In this document: positions 1 to 17,700 of the stretch, piece after piece
How the letters are laid out: the number at the start of each line of letters is the position of its first letter
Numbering within the stretch: position 1 is the first letter of the stretch
Assembly: GCA_012295275.1 (NCBI GenBank)
Contig: CM022672.1
Location: 9,610,001-9,674,000, forward strand
Direction of reading: 5' to 3'
DNA length: 64,000 nt
Source: Chrysomallon squamiferum
Lineage: Eukaryota > Animalia > Mollusca
Translations under genes and position numbers: made by a program
Notes under the pieces: model-generated
What the model was told of the DNA's origin: nothing
The model's input: the letters and a program-made list of their open reading frames with translations, nothing else
The model's database searches: none

Positions 1-201
1 AATAATAGCAATTATAATGACTAACAATAATTAAAATAAGATAGATTTTAAATTTGAAAAAAAAAAAAAAAAAAAACGAAAAACTGAAACATCAGTCTTT
101 GAAGTTTTAATCAAATTCATTATTTGTTGAATAGAATTTAAAAAAAATAAAATTCATGTTAATTACTGATTATTTGTGAATTTGTTTTGAATTCCCCCCA
201 G

Positions 202-4564
<4,363 letters not shown>

Positions 4565-5225
4565 TGCCTTTCATGATCTCATTGTTATTGTTGATAATTA
4601 TCACAAAGTATTCATTATTGTCACAAAGTTTTGACATATTCCTTTCACCCTTCAGTGCTATATTACAATATTGTTGGTAAATAATAAAATATTGTTTTTG
4701 TTCATGTTTTTATTTTTTTTTATTTTTATTAATTTTATTAATTTTGGTTTCATGGTTTCATTTCCTTTTTCTTGATTCTTCTAAAAGCTGTTTTGTTGTA
4801 TATGTCAATAAAAAAATATTATTACTTTAAAATAAAAAAGCCCAGACAAATTCAACATTTTGAGGAATCCAAACAACATAATAATAATAAGAAGAAGTAA
4901 ACAACAACAACATGAAGCACATCAAATATGAAATCTTTTAATTAAAATCCATGAATTTATGGATGTCATTATTGATAAACCACATTGATGTTAAATACAC
5001 TTCTATGTATAATTCTCTTTCATTATAAATTTGTGTGTGTGTGTGTGTCTGGTACATGACTGCATAATTCTATTACATTATCAGTACTACAGGTATGCAA
5101 ACTTCATAATATAAAATATCAAACAGCTAACTGATGTAACTGCTTATTCATAATTTTCTTGCATTAAATGTATGTGTTTGTACATTAATGTTTAAATACA
5201 TTTGATAATGTTTCATCTCTCTTTG

Positions 5226-5257
<32 letters not shown>

Positions 5258-7289
5258 CTCTCTCTCTCCATCCTTGTTTGTTAATAATCTAATAATATGT
5301 CATTCTTCCTCATTTTATTGCTGTTCTTTATTATTAGGAAACTGGTATGTAGTTCATAAAAGATTAACATGGAATTACACAGTATTTATATCACTTTTAC
5401 ATAAATCAAAAGTTCATTTTAAATAGAATATGCAACAAAATAATATTCTTTGATGTATAACTATCTGTTATATTAGTTTTACTGTTATATTCACGTATTA
5501 CATTTTGTATTAAGTACTGGAAATTCCTCTTTATTTATCATTTTATATATACTGTCATGTACATAATTATGTTTAATATTAAACAGTGTATTGTACATCA
5601 CTAAATGTACTATTTAACATTCCATATTCTTTTCTTTTTTTTTAAATTTAAATGTTGAAATTAATTAAGTGTCTTTATTACAATTATTATTATTATGATT
5701 TAACTTCTTTTAATTTTATTTAATTTTTTTTTAATTATCCCATATTATAATATATTATATTATTTATTTATTTCTTTCTTTATTTATTTATTTATTTATA
5801 ATGAGATTGACAAAGTAATCACTGATAATAATATTTTACAGTATTCACAGGTTATCAGTAATTAATTATCACAAACATCTTTAATTAGTTAAAATACTGT
5901 TTTACAGATTAAGCCGACAATTGAGATGAATAAACATTTTTATATTAGATAAAAGAAACAAAATGTACTGATGTTTCAGAAGGCATAAGACAGTAAAATA
6001 TCTAACCATCCAAAGAGTGCAAATATGTCAGGTAATGATAGAAATTAATTTGACTTTATTATTTTTGACTTTATATACTTATTCGTGTAGTTTATACACT
6101 TTTTAAAACCACTTTTTAGTTATTTATTATTATCTTATAATATAAATTGAGATATAAAATATATAATTTAGTTTAATTTTAAATTTACAACAGAAAATAT
6201 TAAGAATTATGTTTTATTTATTTATACTGTCTGTTCCAACAGTTTTGAATTATGTATTTAAATTAGATTTTTTGAAATATTCTATACTTTAGAACTTAGT
6301 CTCATTATAGGAATTCATTATATGTCTCATAAGTTAAACATCCTTTCACCCATAGGCATTTGTTTTGATTTGTTTGATTATTATTGTTATGGACTTTAAT
6401 ATAATTCACCGTTATCTGAATTCAGTTAGTTACATTATAACAAAGAAATAAGCCTGATGTTTTACTCTCATGAAAGAGTTCTTAACTATATTGAAATCAA
6501 AATACAAATGTAGGTAAAAATCCAATACAGAAGGAGTATGGTGCTTCAGAAATGTAAAAGCATGTTTTTGTCAGGTATGTAACATTTGTATTCAGATCTG
6601 AAATGAGTACATGAAATGATGTTTTATCATGATTATTTTTATTTTTCCTTTATTTACTATTACCTTCTTTTTTTCTTTTAAATCTGATATAAAGGGCAGG
6701 GGACATAACTCTATGAGCTTTCAGTAGATATTAAATGTACTTAGTTACTACTGGCAGCAACATTTAACCTTTAATTGTTTGTAGTATTGTAATGAAGATG
6801 AGCCTACCAGACCTTTTCTAAATTAAATTTATATAATGTATATATAAATATTGATGATTTTTAATTCAATTTACATAGTTTTTAACTAAATTTACATGTA
6901 GAAATACTGATTGTTTTTAATTAAATTTACATGTAGAAATACTGATCGTTAATTCAGTTTACATGTATGAATATTCATAGTTTTGAATTAAGTTTTAAGG
7001 ATTAAAAATATTCGTAAACTGCTTCGGTATATCTTTTTTGGTTTCTGACATTAATGGAAAATAAAGGGTTGTTACTATACATATATTTTTATTTGTAATA
7101 ATTATTTTTTATTTTAAACAATCTAAAGAATAATAAGAATAAGAAAGAAAGCATAGCTTCACACATCACTGAAATTTAATTTCAAGTTGTCACACATTTG
7201 ATACTTTCACCTAATATAGCTGGGGTTTTTGTGGGGGGTTCAGTTTTTTTTTATTTTATTCCTGGAATAGTGCTGTTATGAGAAAGGAA

Positions 7290-7360
7290 ATATTTTATTA
7301 ATTAGCAACAAAGGATTTACTGTTGAACCTTTTCATAAACAGAAGAATATATACCATGGT
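7290..7360 (-). mobile_element. Degenerate SINE core fragment
   Basis: Reverse complement (ccatggtatatattcttctgtttatgaaaaggttcaacagtaaatcctttgttgctaat) aligns by eye to 1297-1355. Confidence 0.4.
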
Positions 7361-8099
7361 AACTGATAAATAGACATAGCTAACTGAATACATCAGTAGA
7401 TTAATATAATAGAGTCTATCTCTTGCCATAATTACATTCAAGAAGAATTTACTAAAAATAAATTGAAACTATTAAATATATTAATTTTTTTTTTTTTTTT
7501 TTTTGGAAAGGACATACAGCATAAACTTAGATTAATAAACACACTGTAACTCTAGGATGTGATCTGTGCCAGTAGCTTTTTATAATGAAACTATTTTAAA
7601 ACAGCCTGAAACTTGAATAACTTGAACAAAACCAAAACATTATCAAATAAATGTTTGGAAATCTGCCATGCTTTGGGGTTTTTTTACCTTTGTTTTGTTT
7701 CGTGCAATATAAACTGTTTTGTAACTGACACCAATACTATATTTATTACACGGATCAAGAAATACAACAATTTAACTGACTTAATTTTTAATAATTTACT
7801 TCTCTGTTAAGTTCTATAAAACTTTTTTATCTTTCCATGCTTGTTGATTTTTTAAAATATTTTTATAATCATCCATTTTATTTCACAACTTCTAACTGAA
7901 ATTTAATTTAATATTATTTTTCTATTTATTTATTTATTTTTATTTATTTATTTTTATTTATTTTTTATTTTTGAAGACTAAAATTATATGATGTTATAAA
8001 ATGCTACAAAAATTAAAATATTCTCTTATTTTTGTTTAAATATTAAAATAATATACGTTTTTTCTTTACATTATCATTTATCATTATTACTACTATTAC

Positions 8100-8143
<44 letters not shown>

Positions 8144-9456
8144 CATAATATCACTAAGTAACCTAGTTTCTTGCATATTATAAATACTAAAGCAAGAATA
8201 TAATAAAACAATGATTTAACATTAACTTAGAGAAACCGTGGCTATCTTTATTTTACTTATAATAAACAAAAACACCCAAACTTATTATATCACTGAAAAG
8301 TTTGTTTAATATTACTAAGTGTATACCTCCATTGTACAGTTTTTTATTTATTTACTTTCATATTTTATACATGAAAATATACTAATTAATTGATGTTTTA
8401 ATTAATATATATAAAATGTAGAGCACTGTTTTTAAATCTGCACAGTTTATCAATAGATTTGTAGTTTTAAATTTTTTAAATAGTATGCCAGTTTAATGAC
8501 AGTCATAATTCATTTATCAAATAAAACAACTGTGTGAATTGTGTAATAATCATAAATTATAATTATTATTTTTGATTTTATTTATTTATTTTTCTCCATT
8601 TAAAATTATATAAAGGGTTCCACTAAAACATAATGATTGAAAAAGGCTGCATCAAGAAATTATTTCAAAAGCAATAAACTACATCTGTATGGGCACATAT
8701 ATATGAAAAAAAAAAAAAATATATATATATAAAAAAATAAAACTAGTATAATATTTTTAAAAATTAACAGCACATAACACTTACTTGGGCATCACTGATT
8801 TTTTTTTTTTTTTCTCCGATTATGAAGTTCACAATTGAAAATTATTAATTGTGCTGTCTATAAAGTTTATGAATATAAATTTAGACACAAAATTCACCAT
8901 TGATAACATTTACCTCTGTTGTGTATATAAATGCTAAGATTCAGTGTTGTAATGTATAATGTAACTAGTTGAAACCTCTGTGTATATAATGAATTGCCAG
9001 TCATGCTAAATCTCAACTTAATATTCAGAATCAAATTGTTTTATTGCTGTAAAAAAAATAGAATTTCAAAAATCTTTTCATGGCCTGGTATCAGAAATTA
9101 AAAATTAAATTTCTTGATAGCCAACAACATAGATGACCAAACTAGTAATGTATATAAATTAAATTAAATGTCTGTACATTACTTTACAAGCAATGATTTG
9201 TGCCAAAACAACAATAATAATAATATCAACAACAATAACAGTAATAAATGTAGAAAGAAAGAGACAAAGGAAAGGAAAAGATTTTCAGAAAATATTGGTG
9301 TGCAAATTCCTTTATAAGATGAAAATTAAAATAATGCATAATGCATTGTAGTAATTTTTTTTTTTTTTTTTTTTTTTAATATTTTTAAATAAAATCATTA
9401 TTCTCTTAATTTTCTGTATTAATTTTCTTTTTAAAATTATTTATTTATTAATTTAT

Positions 9457-9491
<35 letters not shown>

Positions 9492-10793
9492 GTATGTATA
9501 TATATAATAAATTAATAAATAAATAATTTATATATATGTTGGTTTCATTGGGTTTGGGGTTGTTTTTTTTGGTAAATACATTTGACTCTGAACCTTATGT
9601 TGAGATTTATCTCATTCCCTGATATAAATAATGTATGATATATAATAATATGTGATAAATCCCAGCATTGCCTCAGTAATGAATTAAGTATGTATGTATG
9701 ATTTGCAAGAAGCTTGTTACAGACCACTGAAAGAGTGAACATTTGGAAGAGATTTGATAATTTATCAATCAGTTGCAGAATAAATAAACATTTAAAAAAA
9801 AATAATAAACTGTTTGTTTTGTATTAACCAATGGTCTTGTTAACTTCTATGTGATAATGGAAATGGGTGGTGGGGAGGCAAAGTATATTCAGTGGGTTCG
9901 GGATTCCAGTTACTGTCTGTTTCTGTACTAGTACAAAATCAGAGACATTTAGCAAAGCAAAAGGAAATATTTTACTATATAATAACATTATCAGATATTT
10001 CTAAATTTTGGAATGTTATACTCCTGTCAAAATGAGAATCCTAAAAGTATCCATAAAGAAATAAAGAAATTATGAAAAAATAAATTGCAATATAAAGTCT
10101 ATTCCCCCACTCCTTCCAGGCTCAGCTGATTACCCCTCTCCCTGAAACCCATTGTTATTATTGCTAGAGAGATGGTTACTATCATCTAAGAACAAATATA
10201 TTTTAACTTTGGTGGCAGTAAATGACACCCAAGCATCATACAGGTCTGATCTAAAAACATGATACAACACACTGGAAATTGTTATATCTCAGATAAACTG
10301 ACAACTTTAGGCATTTAAGATCTAAAAGTAGCCCAAAGTGGAAAATAGTTTTCATGTGTAATTTCCAAAAATATGATATTTCTAATGTACAAAATAGTTT
10401 CTAGGAAACATGGAAACCGATGAAAATATTTTTGACCTACTGACACAGTACTGTCATCATTTTAGATGCAAGAACATATTTTTTTCAATGTGAATATGTT
10501 TTTCTCTTACACTTTTGGATACTTTATTAGTAGAATAATAAAAATGATTAACTTCAGTTTATTAGAAAATAATGACTATATTGGACTTGGTTTCTTCTTG
10601 TCCAGGGACAGCCTAACACTGTTTTCAGTTACATAAATAAATACTCTAAAGTTACCCCATCAAGCAAGCCTATATTGAACACAGTCTCCTTGTAAATATT
10701 CTCTGAATAACAGTTTTTAATTTACATGACAGGCTTTATTATTTTATTTTTTATTTTATTTTGTATTTTCTAAAGGTGGTGACTTATAAGAGC

Positions 10794-10838
<45 letters not shown>

Positions 10839-10920
10839 TTACAAGACACACACACACACACACATATATATTATAAGTTGGTAAGTTTTTGAGTTCTTAC
10901 GTATTTATCAGTATATATGA

Positions 10921-10940
10921 CGAAAGTTCTGGAACGTTCC
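10921..10940. promoter_or_regulatory. Perfect four-pentamer heat-shock element
   Basis: cGAAa gTTCt gGAAc gTTCc = alternating nGAAn units, ~450 bp upstream of the exon-1 donor of PARP copy 1. Confidence 0.6.
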
Positions 10941-11111
10941 AGTATAATTTGAAGAGAAATTTATATTTGATTCGACGAGCGTTGGCGTCGTGGGATTTTA
11001 GATCTTTTCTTAGGCGTTAAGCGCGCTTACTAGACAAAGTACAGTCGGACTAAATTTATTTTGTACCCACATGTTGTCGCTCTTCTCAAAATTCCAAATA
11101 ATAATGATAAC

Positions 11112-11143
<32 letters not shown>

Positions 11144-11299
11144 ATTCTGAAGAACAAAACAAAATATAATTGCATTTAGCTTCCCAACGACTGAGAAAGG
11201 TAAACTTCCTGAAAAGCAATGTCAAAGGTCGGTTCATTCCGAGTATGGATACGGGACTGGTCGAAGTATCACGATCACGAGTTGTGACAGTAGTCAATC

Positions 11300-11311
11300 G
11301 AAACTGAAACT
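11300..11311 (+). promoter_or_regulatory. ISRE / IRF-binding element, PARP copy 1
   Basis: GAAACTGAAACT (rc AGTTTCAGTTTC) matches the ISRE consensus; ~80 bp upstream of the exon-1 donor; retained at the same position in all three copies. Confidence 0.7.
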
Positions 11312-11365
11312 AACTTTCCACAAGAATGTATCATATTTTTGTAAGTCGATTAAAGAGAGAAAATA

Positions 11366-11374
11366 TTCCTCGAA
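11366..11374. promoter_or_regulatory. GAS-like STAT site
   Basis: TTCCTCGAA = TTC-N3-GAA, 55 bp after the ISRE; copy 1 only; short enough to occur by chance. Confidence 0.35.
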
Positions 11375-11646
11375 ATGATGATGAGTAGGTAAATTTTCGA
11401 GTTCTTACATATTTATTGATAAACAGATGTTATTATTTAGATTTCACATATCAAGTTTGCCACAAGATTTATCTTCCTGAATCAAAGAGTGCAACTGACT
11501 AAATAATCCTATTATCTGTCAAATTGACATTTAAAGGTTATTTGTTTAATTTAATTTTATATCATTTTATTTGTTGTTTCGAGGAGTTTTCAACTAATAA
11601 TAATAATAAGAAGAAGAAGAAGTAATAATAATAATAAGAAGAAGAA

Positions 11647-11680
<34 letters not shown>

Positions 11681-11755
11681 TTTTTCATATTTTGTGGATT
11701 ACAAATTTCACTCTCTTATTTTCAGGTTTGACTGGGAAGAACAATAAACAAACAA

Positions 11756-14700
11756 ATGGAGCTTGTTCTTAAGAAAGACAACATTACCAGTCAAAAGGTT
11801 TATTATAGCTTTCCATCAGTGACATTCTCTTTCTTACTTACTGTCATTTTCTCTCACTGTTTCCTTGTTGTTGTCGTTGTTGGTTGTTGTTTTTTTTTTT
11901 TTTTTTTATCAGATTAATCCTTTACTGCATTTGATTTTTTGATTTTTTAAGTTATAGTTTTATTTTATTTGTATTTCAATTTTATTTGTAGGTTAATGTT
12001 ATTGTGAACACAACACAAAGTAGCTTAAAGTTATCATGTGGATCACTGTCAGAGAGTATACTGAAAGAAGGAGGAAACAGCCTGCAGGAAGAATGTGATC
12101 AAAATTATCCTAATGGAATACAGCATGGAGAAATTGCAGTGACAAATGGAGGAAATTTAAAGTGTGATAAAGTATATCATACTTCTTTGCCAAATTGGAA
12201 CAATAATGGAGAAAAGGTAAGTAATTTTGGGAGATATCTATAAGTTGGTTTGATTGTATGTGAGTTTGTTGTTGTTATTAATTTTTGTTTTGTTTAGCTG
12301 TTTTTTTTTCTTGCTTTTGTTCTTAATGAATATATAAACTACTGATTCAGTGATACAAAGAAATACTCTAAATATACTGTGAATACTTCTGACTAGTGAA
12401 ACATTTTTCTTTAATTATTTTTTATTTGGCGTTTTTCCTCTCCAGATTTAATATTAATAAAGTAATAAGAACAAAACATGTCTGAGCCTTGCCATTTTTC
12501 TATATTCATTTATTTATTTATTTATTTATTTATGTGTATCATTGTATGCATGTCTGTTTATCCGTGTGTATGTATGCGTGTTTATATGAATGTGTGTGTG
12601 CTGTCTGTCTGTCTGTAAAGATGTTTAACACTTTTGTTTTTCAGGTCCTGCAGGAACTTATTATGTCTTGCCTCAAAAAGGCAGATGGGGATGGATACAA
12701 ATCATTGGCTTTCCCTCCATTTGGTGTTGGAGTTCTCAAGTATCCTCCTGAAGATGTAGCCAAAATCTTTTTGGAAACAATGATAAAGTTTTCAGCTGAC
12801 CAACCCAGCAATCTCCAGAAAGTTGTCATTGCTTTTTACAACAGTAAAGACGAAGTGATAAAGGTATTTTATAAACATTTTGCTTATCAAGTTTTTATAC
12901 ATTTTCTTTTCTTTTAGAGTTTTAAATATGATTAAAACATAATTTCTGTATTACACATGTAGCTGTTGGCAGAATGATTTGCCTAAGTAGTTTACAGAGT
13001 GGGTAAATAAATGCTTGAGTGTGTGTCTGTTTGCATAATAGTAGTAAAAAAAAAATAATAATAATAATAATAAGAAGAAGAATGAAATAAAAACACTAAC
13101 TACAAATCAGGATAATAAAAACTACTTTATTCATTTTTAAATTTTGTACACATACACACACACTCAGAGACTATTTATAGTGAGGTTGTCAAATGTTATT
13201 GCAGGCATTTGATGCTGAAGTAAATCGACACAGGTTTGAACAGAAGATTCAGATTAATTCAAGATTAGACCAAACACCAAGCTTTGCCCGATTGTCCAAA
13301 AAACTCAGTAAGTTTCAGTAATGTCACTGTATGTATCAGTATTTTAGATTTTTTTCTTCTAAAAGTTAAATACTAATCAAGTTTGTTTGTGATGTAAAAT
13401 TAAAGAAGAAAAGTTTATGATATATAATTTTCTTCTCTTCTAGATAAATTTGTGATAAATCAGTGAAAATTTGTAATAAATTAATATGAATATATAATTG
13501 TGTTGTATTTTACCTGTATTTTAATATGTATATATAACTGTTATATTTTACCTGTATCTTGTTATGAATATGTAATTGTGTTATATTTTATATATTTTTG
13601 TCATAAATATATAACTGTTATTTTACCTGTATTTGATCATGAATATGTAAGTTATATTTTACCAGTATTGTGTTATGAATATGTAATTTTGTTATATTTT
13701 ACATATAATGTATCATGAATATATAACTGTGTTATATTTTGCCTGCATTTTACCATGAATATGTAACTGTTATATTTTACCTGTATTTTATTATGAATAT
13801 ATAATTGTATTATATTTTATTTTACCTGCATTTTATCATGATTATATAATTGTATTATATTTTATTTGACCTGTATTTGATCATGAATATATAACTGTGT
13901 TTTATTTTGCCTGTATTTTATTAAAAATATATAATTGTTACTTTACCTGCAATTTATTATTACTTGTAATATTTGATGAAATGGCAATTAAAGGGAATAA
14001 ATAAAAATAGATATCAATTTATATATTTTCAGGAAGGGTTTCACAAGCAATTAAAAGACCCAGTGTTTCATACAAAGTGGATGAAATCACAAAAATACCA
14101 GTAAGAATTTTCTTACCTTAATTTTTATTTAACTATAAATTAGAGAAATGAAAAACTGAAGTATGTGGCAGTGCATCGTGTATTCCTGCAGACATTTTAA
14201 TTGTCTGAGGAAATAGAAAGCTATTATTACTAGTAGTAGTAATAGTGGTAGCATCATCATCATTTTATATGGATAGATAGACAGAGAGATATAAAACATT
14301 TTTTTCATAAGGCTATTTTCTTTATTATAGAAAGTGTGAATGTTTAGTCTTAAGTATGAATTGATAATTTATTGATACCTTCTGTAAATATTTATACTTA
14401 TGATCAGTAACTTTTCTTTTGTTAATATATTTTAGGCCAACATATTAGTAAATACCACAACCCAGAACTAGTAATTACTTCTACTTTTTCTCTTGATACT
14501 ATATTTTAGGTTGACGTTTTAGTAAATTCTACCACCACTTCTCTAGATCTAACCAGTGGACCAGTAACCAAAGCAATTCTTGCTGCAGCTGGCCCAGACA
14601 TTCAGAAAGAGTGTGAAACAAAATATCCAAATGGTATTAAGAGCTGGGAGGTGGCTGACACAAGTGGAGGAAATCTGAGCTGTAAAAAAATATACCACAC

Positions 14701-17700
14701 ATCTCTAGTTCATGCAGAATGGTCTACTGTCAAAGAGGTCCTTTAAGAAACAACATAATGTTTTTCTTCTTTTTCCATGAAGACATACATATGTACATGT
14801 GTGTGTGTGTGTTGTGTGTGTGTGTGTGTGTGAATACAAGCATGCATGCATATATGCACAGCTACTGTTTGTAAAGCAGAAATAATTTAATACAAAGCTC
14901 TATTGTAAAACTGAATGGTTTAATGATTTCTCTATGTGAAAATAAAAGCTGAAGGATAGAAAGAAATAATTTATAAAATTTTATATAAATTAAAACTATT
15001 TTAAATGTCCTTAGAAATAATATAAAATTTTGTCTTATATAAAGCTAACATTTTTTATTTTTTACTTGAAATAATTAAATGTCAAAATGTTATTTAAAAT
15101 AAAATTAATAATTTTTAATGTTCCCTGAATTTTTTTTTGATATAATTAAGTTAATGTTTTTAACATTTTTAGAAAAAAAATTAACATAAATATGTAATAT
15201 AAAATAAAACATGTAAGTTTTTTTTATTTTTTAATGAAATAATTGAATTTTAAAATAATTAAATATAAATATTGTATTTCAGGTAAAACTAATTATTTTT
15301 AAAGTTTTTAGAAATAATTAAATTCAGATATTTTATTTAAAATAAAACCAATCTTATTAATATTTTCTGAAATTACTTTTATTTACTGTAAATATTAAAC
15401 AAGGTTATTTTTAATAATTTATGCAAAAAATTAGCACAACACTTTTTCAAATTAAACTATTTTTAAAAAAAATTAAATAAGTAAACATTTTTAATGTTGT
15501 CAGAATTAATTTAATATAAATATTTAAAACAAAAAACTCACATTTATTTTAATGTTTTACAAATAAAATAAAATTTTATATATGATTAAGAAAGTATTTT
15601 CGATAACTTAAGAAATAACTGAATATAACTATTTTAATTAAAATAAAAATATCTGGGTGTTGTTAATCTTTCTTGCTATAATTTAAATCTGTTTAAATTA
15701 ATATTTTATTTAAAATATTGTAACTAAGTACATTTTTTTATATTTCTAGAAATAATTTACAATAAAAGTTTTATATTTATAATAAACCAAGCATTTTAAT
15801 GGTTCCAGAATTACAAAACACTCATCAAAAGGTTGTTGGATAAAGCTGAGGCTGATCATCTCACTTCAATAGCTTTGCCTGTTCTGGGTACAGGAACACT
15901 GAAATACCCATCTGATGAAGTGGCAGAGTGTATGTTTGAAACAGCACTGGCCTTTCGAGGAAGACATCTGAGTTCGATAATTTTTGTTGTGAATCCTAAA
16001 GATGATAATAACCAAAAGGTAAATAATTTTCAAGATTTAGTCACCTTAATTATGTGAAACATATGTTATAAGACATTTAATGTAATACGGAGAACTGATT
16101 TTTGAGTGTGAACTGTTTAGTTCAAATGTAATATAATTAAAAAGAAAAATGTGGTTTATGTTGTTTTTCTTGTTTTCAGGCATTTAAAACAGAATTGGCC
16201 AAACACGTTCATCTGAATCAAAATATTCGACCTTCAGGTAAATACCACAGACATTTTTATAATAAAAAAAGAAAAAAGATTTATACAACATCATACAAAA
16301 AATATTTTTACTGGCAGATTAATTGCAAACTATATTTTTATATGTAGATACATATATGTTTATTTGTTTAAGTTTTTGTTTACTTATTTATTTTATTTCT
16401 TGCATGTGTGTGTCTTTACTTATTTACTGAAATTTTTTAATATCTTATTTGTCCCAGCAAGATTTACAAAGTTGCTGCTACTAAATAGATATATTATTTA
16501 AATGTTTTCATTTTTACTTCAGGAAATGGAGCAGCATTTAGCATCTCCTTGGTGAAAGGAAGCATTGCTGATCAGAAAGTAATTAAAGATCATTTGAATA
16601 TGTGTCTAAAATTCTCTCTCTCTCTCTCTTTCTGTCTGTCTGTCTGTCTCTGTATGTGAGAGAATGTGAGTTTGTGTGATGGAGAGAGAGTGTATCTGGG
16701 TTGATTTGAGAAAAGAATGTATATCTGGCTGTGTATAAGATTGACAAATTCATTTATTTATTATTTGTATTAAATCTCAAACAACTGTTTTTCTAGGTGG
16801 ATGCCATTGTTAATTCAACAACCCCTTCCTTGAATCTTCAAAGTGGACCAGTAACAAAAGCCATAGTCAAAGCTGGTGGTGATTCACTACAAGATGAATG
16901 TAAGCAGAACTATCCAAATGGAATCAAGGCTGGAGAGATTGCTGTTACAGCAGGAGGGAAGTTAAACTGCAAATTCGTCTACCATACAACTCTGATTCAA
17001 TGGACTGATGATAACACTGCTGTTAAAGTACAGTCTTCATTAATTTAATTTTACTGTTACAAAACAAGTTTCTTTTATTTTATAAGATATTCAACTGAAA
17101 AATGTTGGTCTTTCAGAGAGAGAGACAGAGAGAGACAGAGAGAGAGAGAGAGTGTGTGTGTGTGTGAGAGAGATATGGCTGTATAAAAATACAAATATAT
17201 GAATATTTACAATTATGATTTATGTGTTATGCAGGCATTGACAGATCTCATCACAAACTGTCTTTCAAGAGCTGATCAGGACAAACTTACAAGTATTGCT
17301 TTCCCAGTGCTGGGTACTGGTGTCCTCAAATATCCTCGAGATGTTGTCAGCAAAATAATCTTTGAATGTTTTGACAGTTTTTGTAAGAACCATACAAATA
17401 CATCACTTCAGGAGGTCAAAGTTGTCATCCATCCTGATGATACTGAAAACTGGAGGGTAATTTATTGTGTTCAGGCAAACAAAGACATGTTACTACTGGT
17501 GGATTATGATAATGTTTTACAATTGTGCATGATGTTTGTAAAAGATATACTGGTTTCATATTTATGGCCTAAAATAGATTCACACACTCCAAGAACATAT
17601 AATGTGTCTATCTTTTAGTTTATTATTTTATGTTAAGAAAACATAATTTGTAAATTTTGTAATATATTATTTTCTCTCAAGAAAACATAATTTGTGTATC

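Noticed and set aside
13480-13960. ~36 bp repeats superficially like a CRISPR array
   Set aside because: Head-to-tail degenerate units, no unique spacers, no cas genes, eukaryotic intron.
14738-14746. Weak donor GTCCTT followed by in-frame TAA
   Set aside because: Exon length and phase fit normal splicing; nothing in the sequence supports regulated retention.
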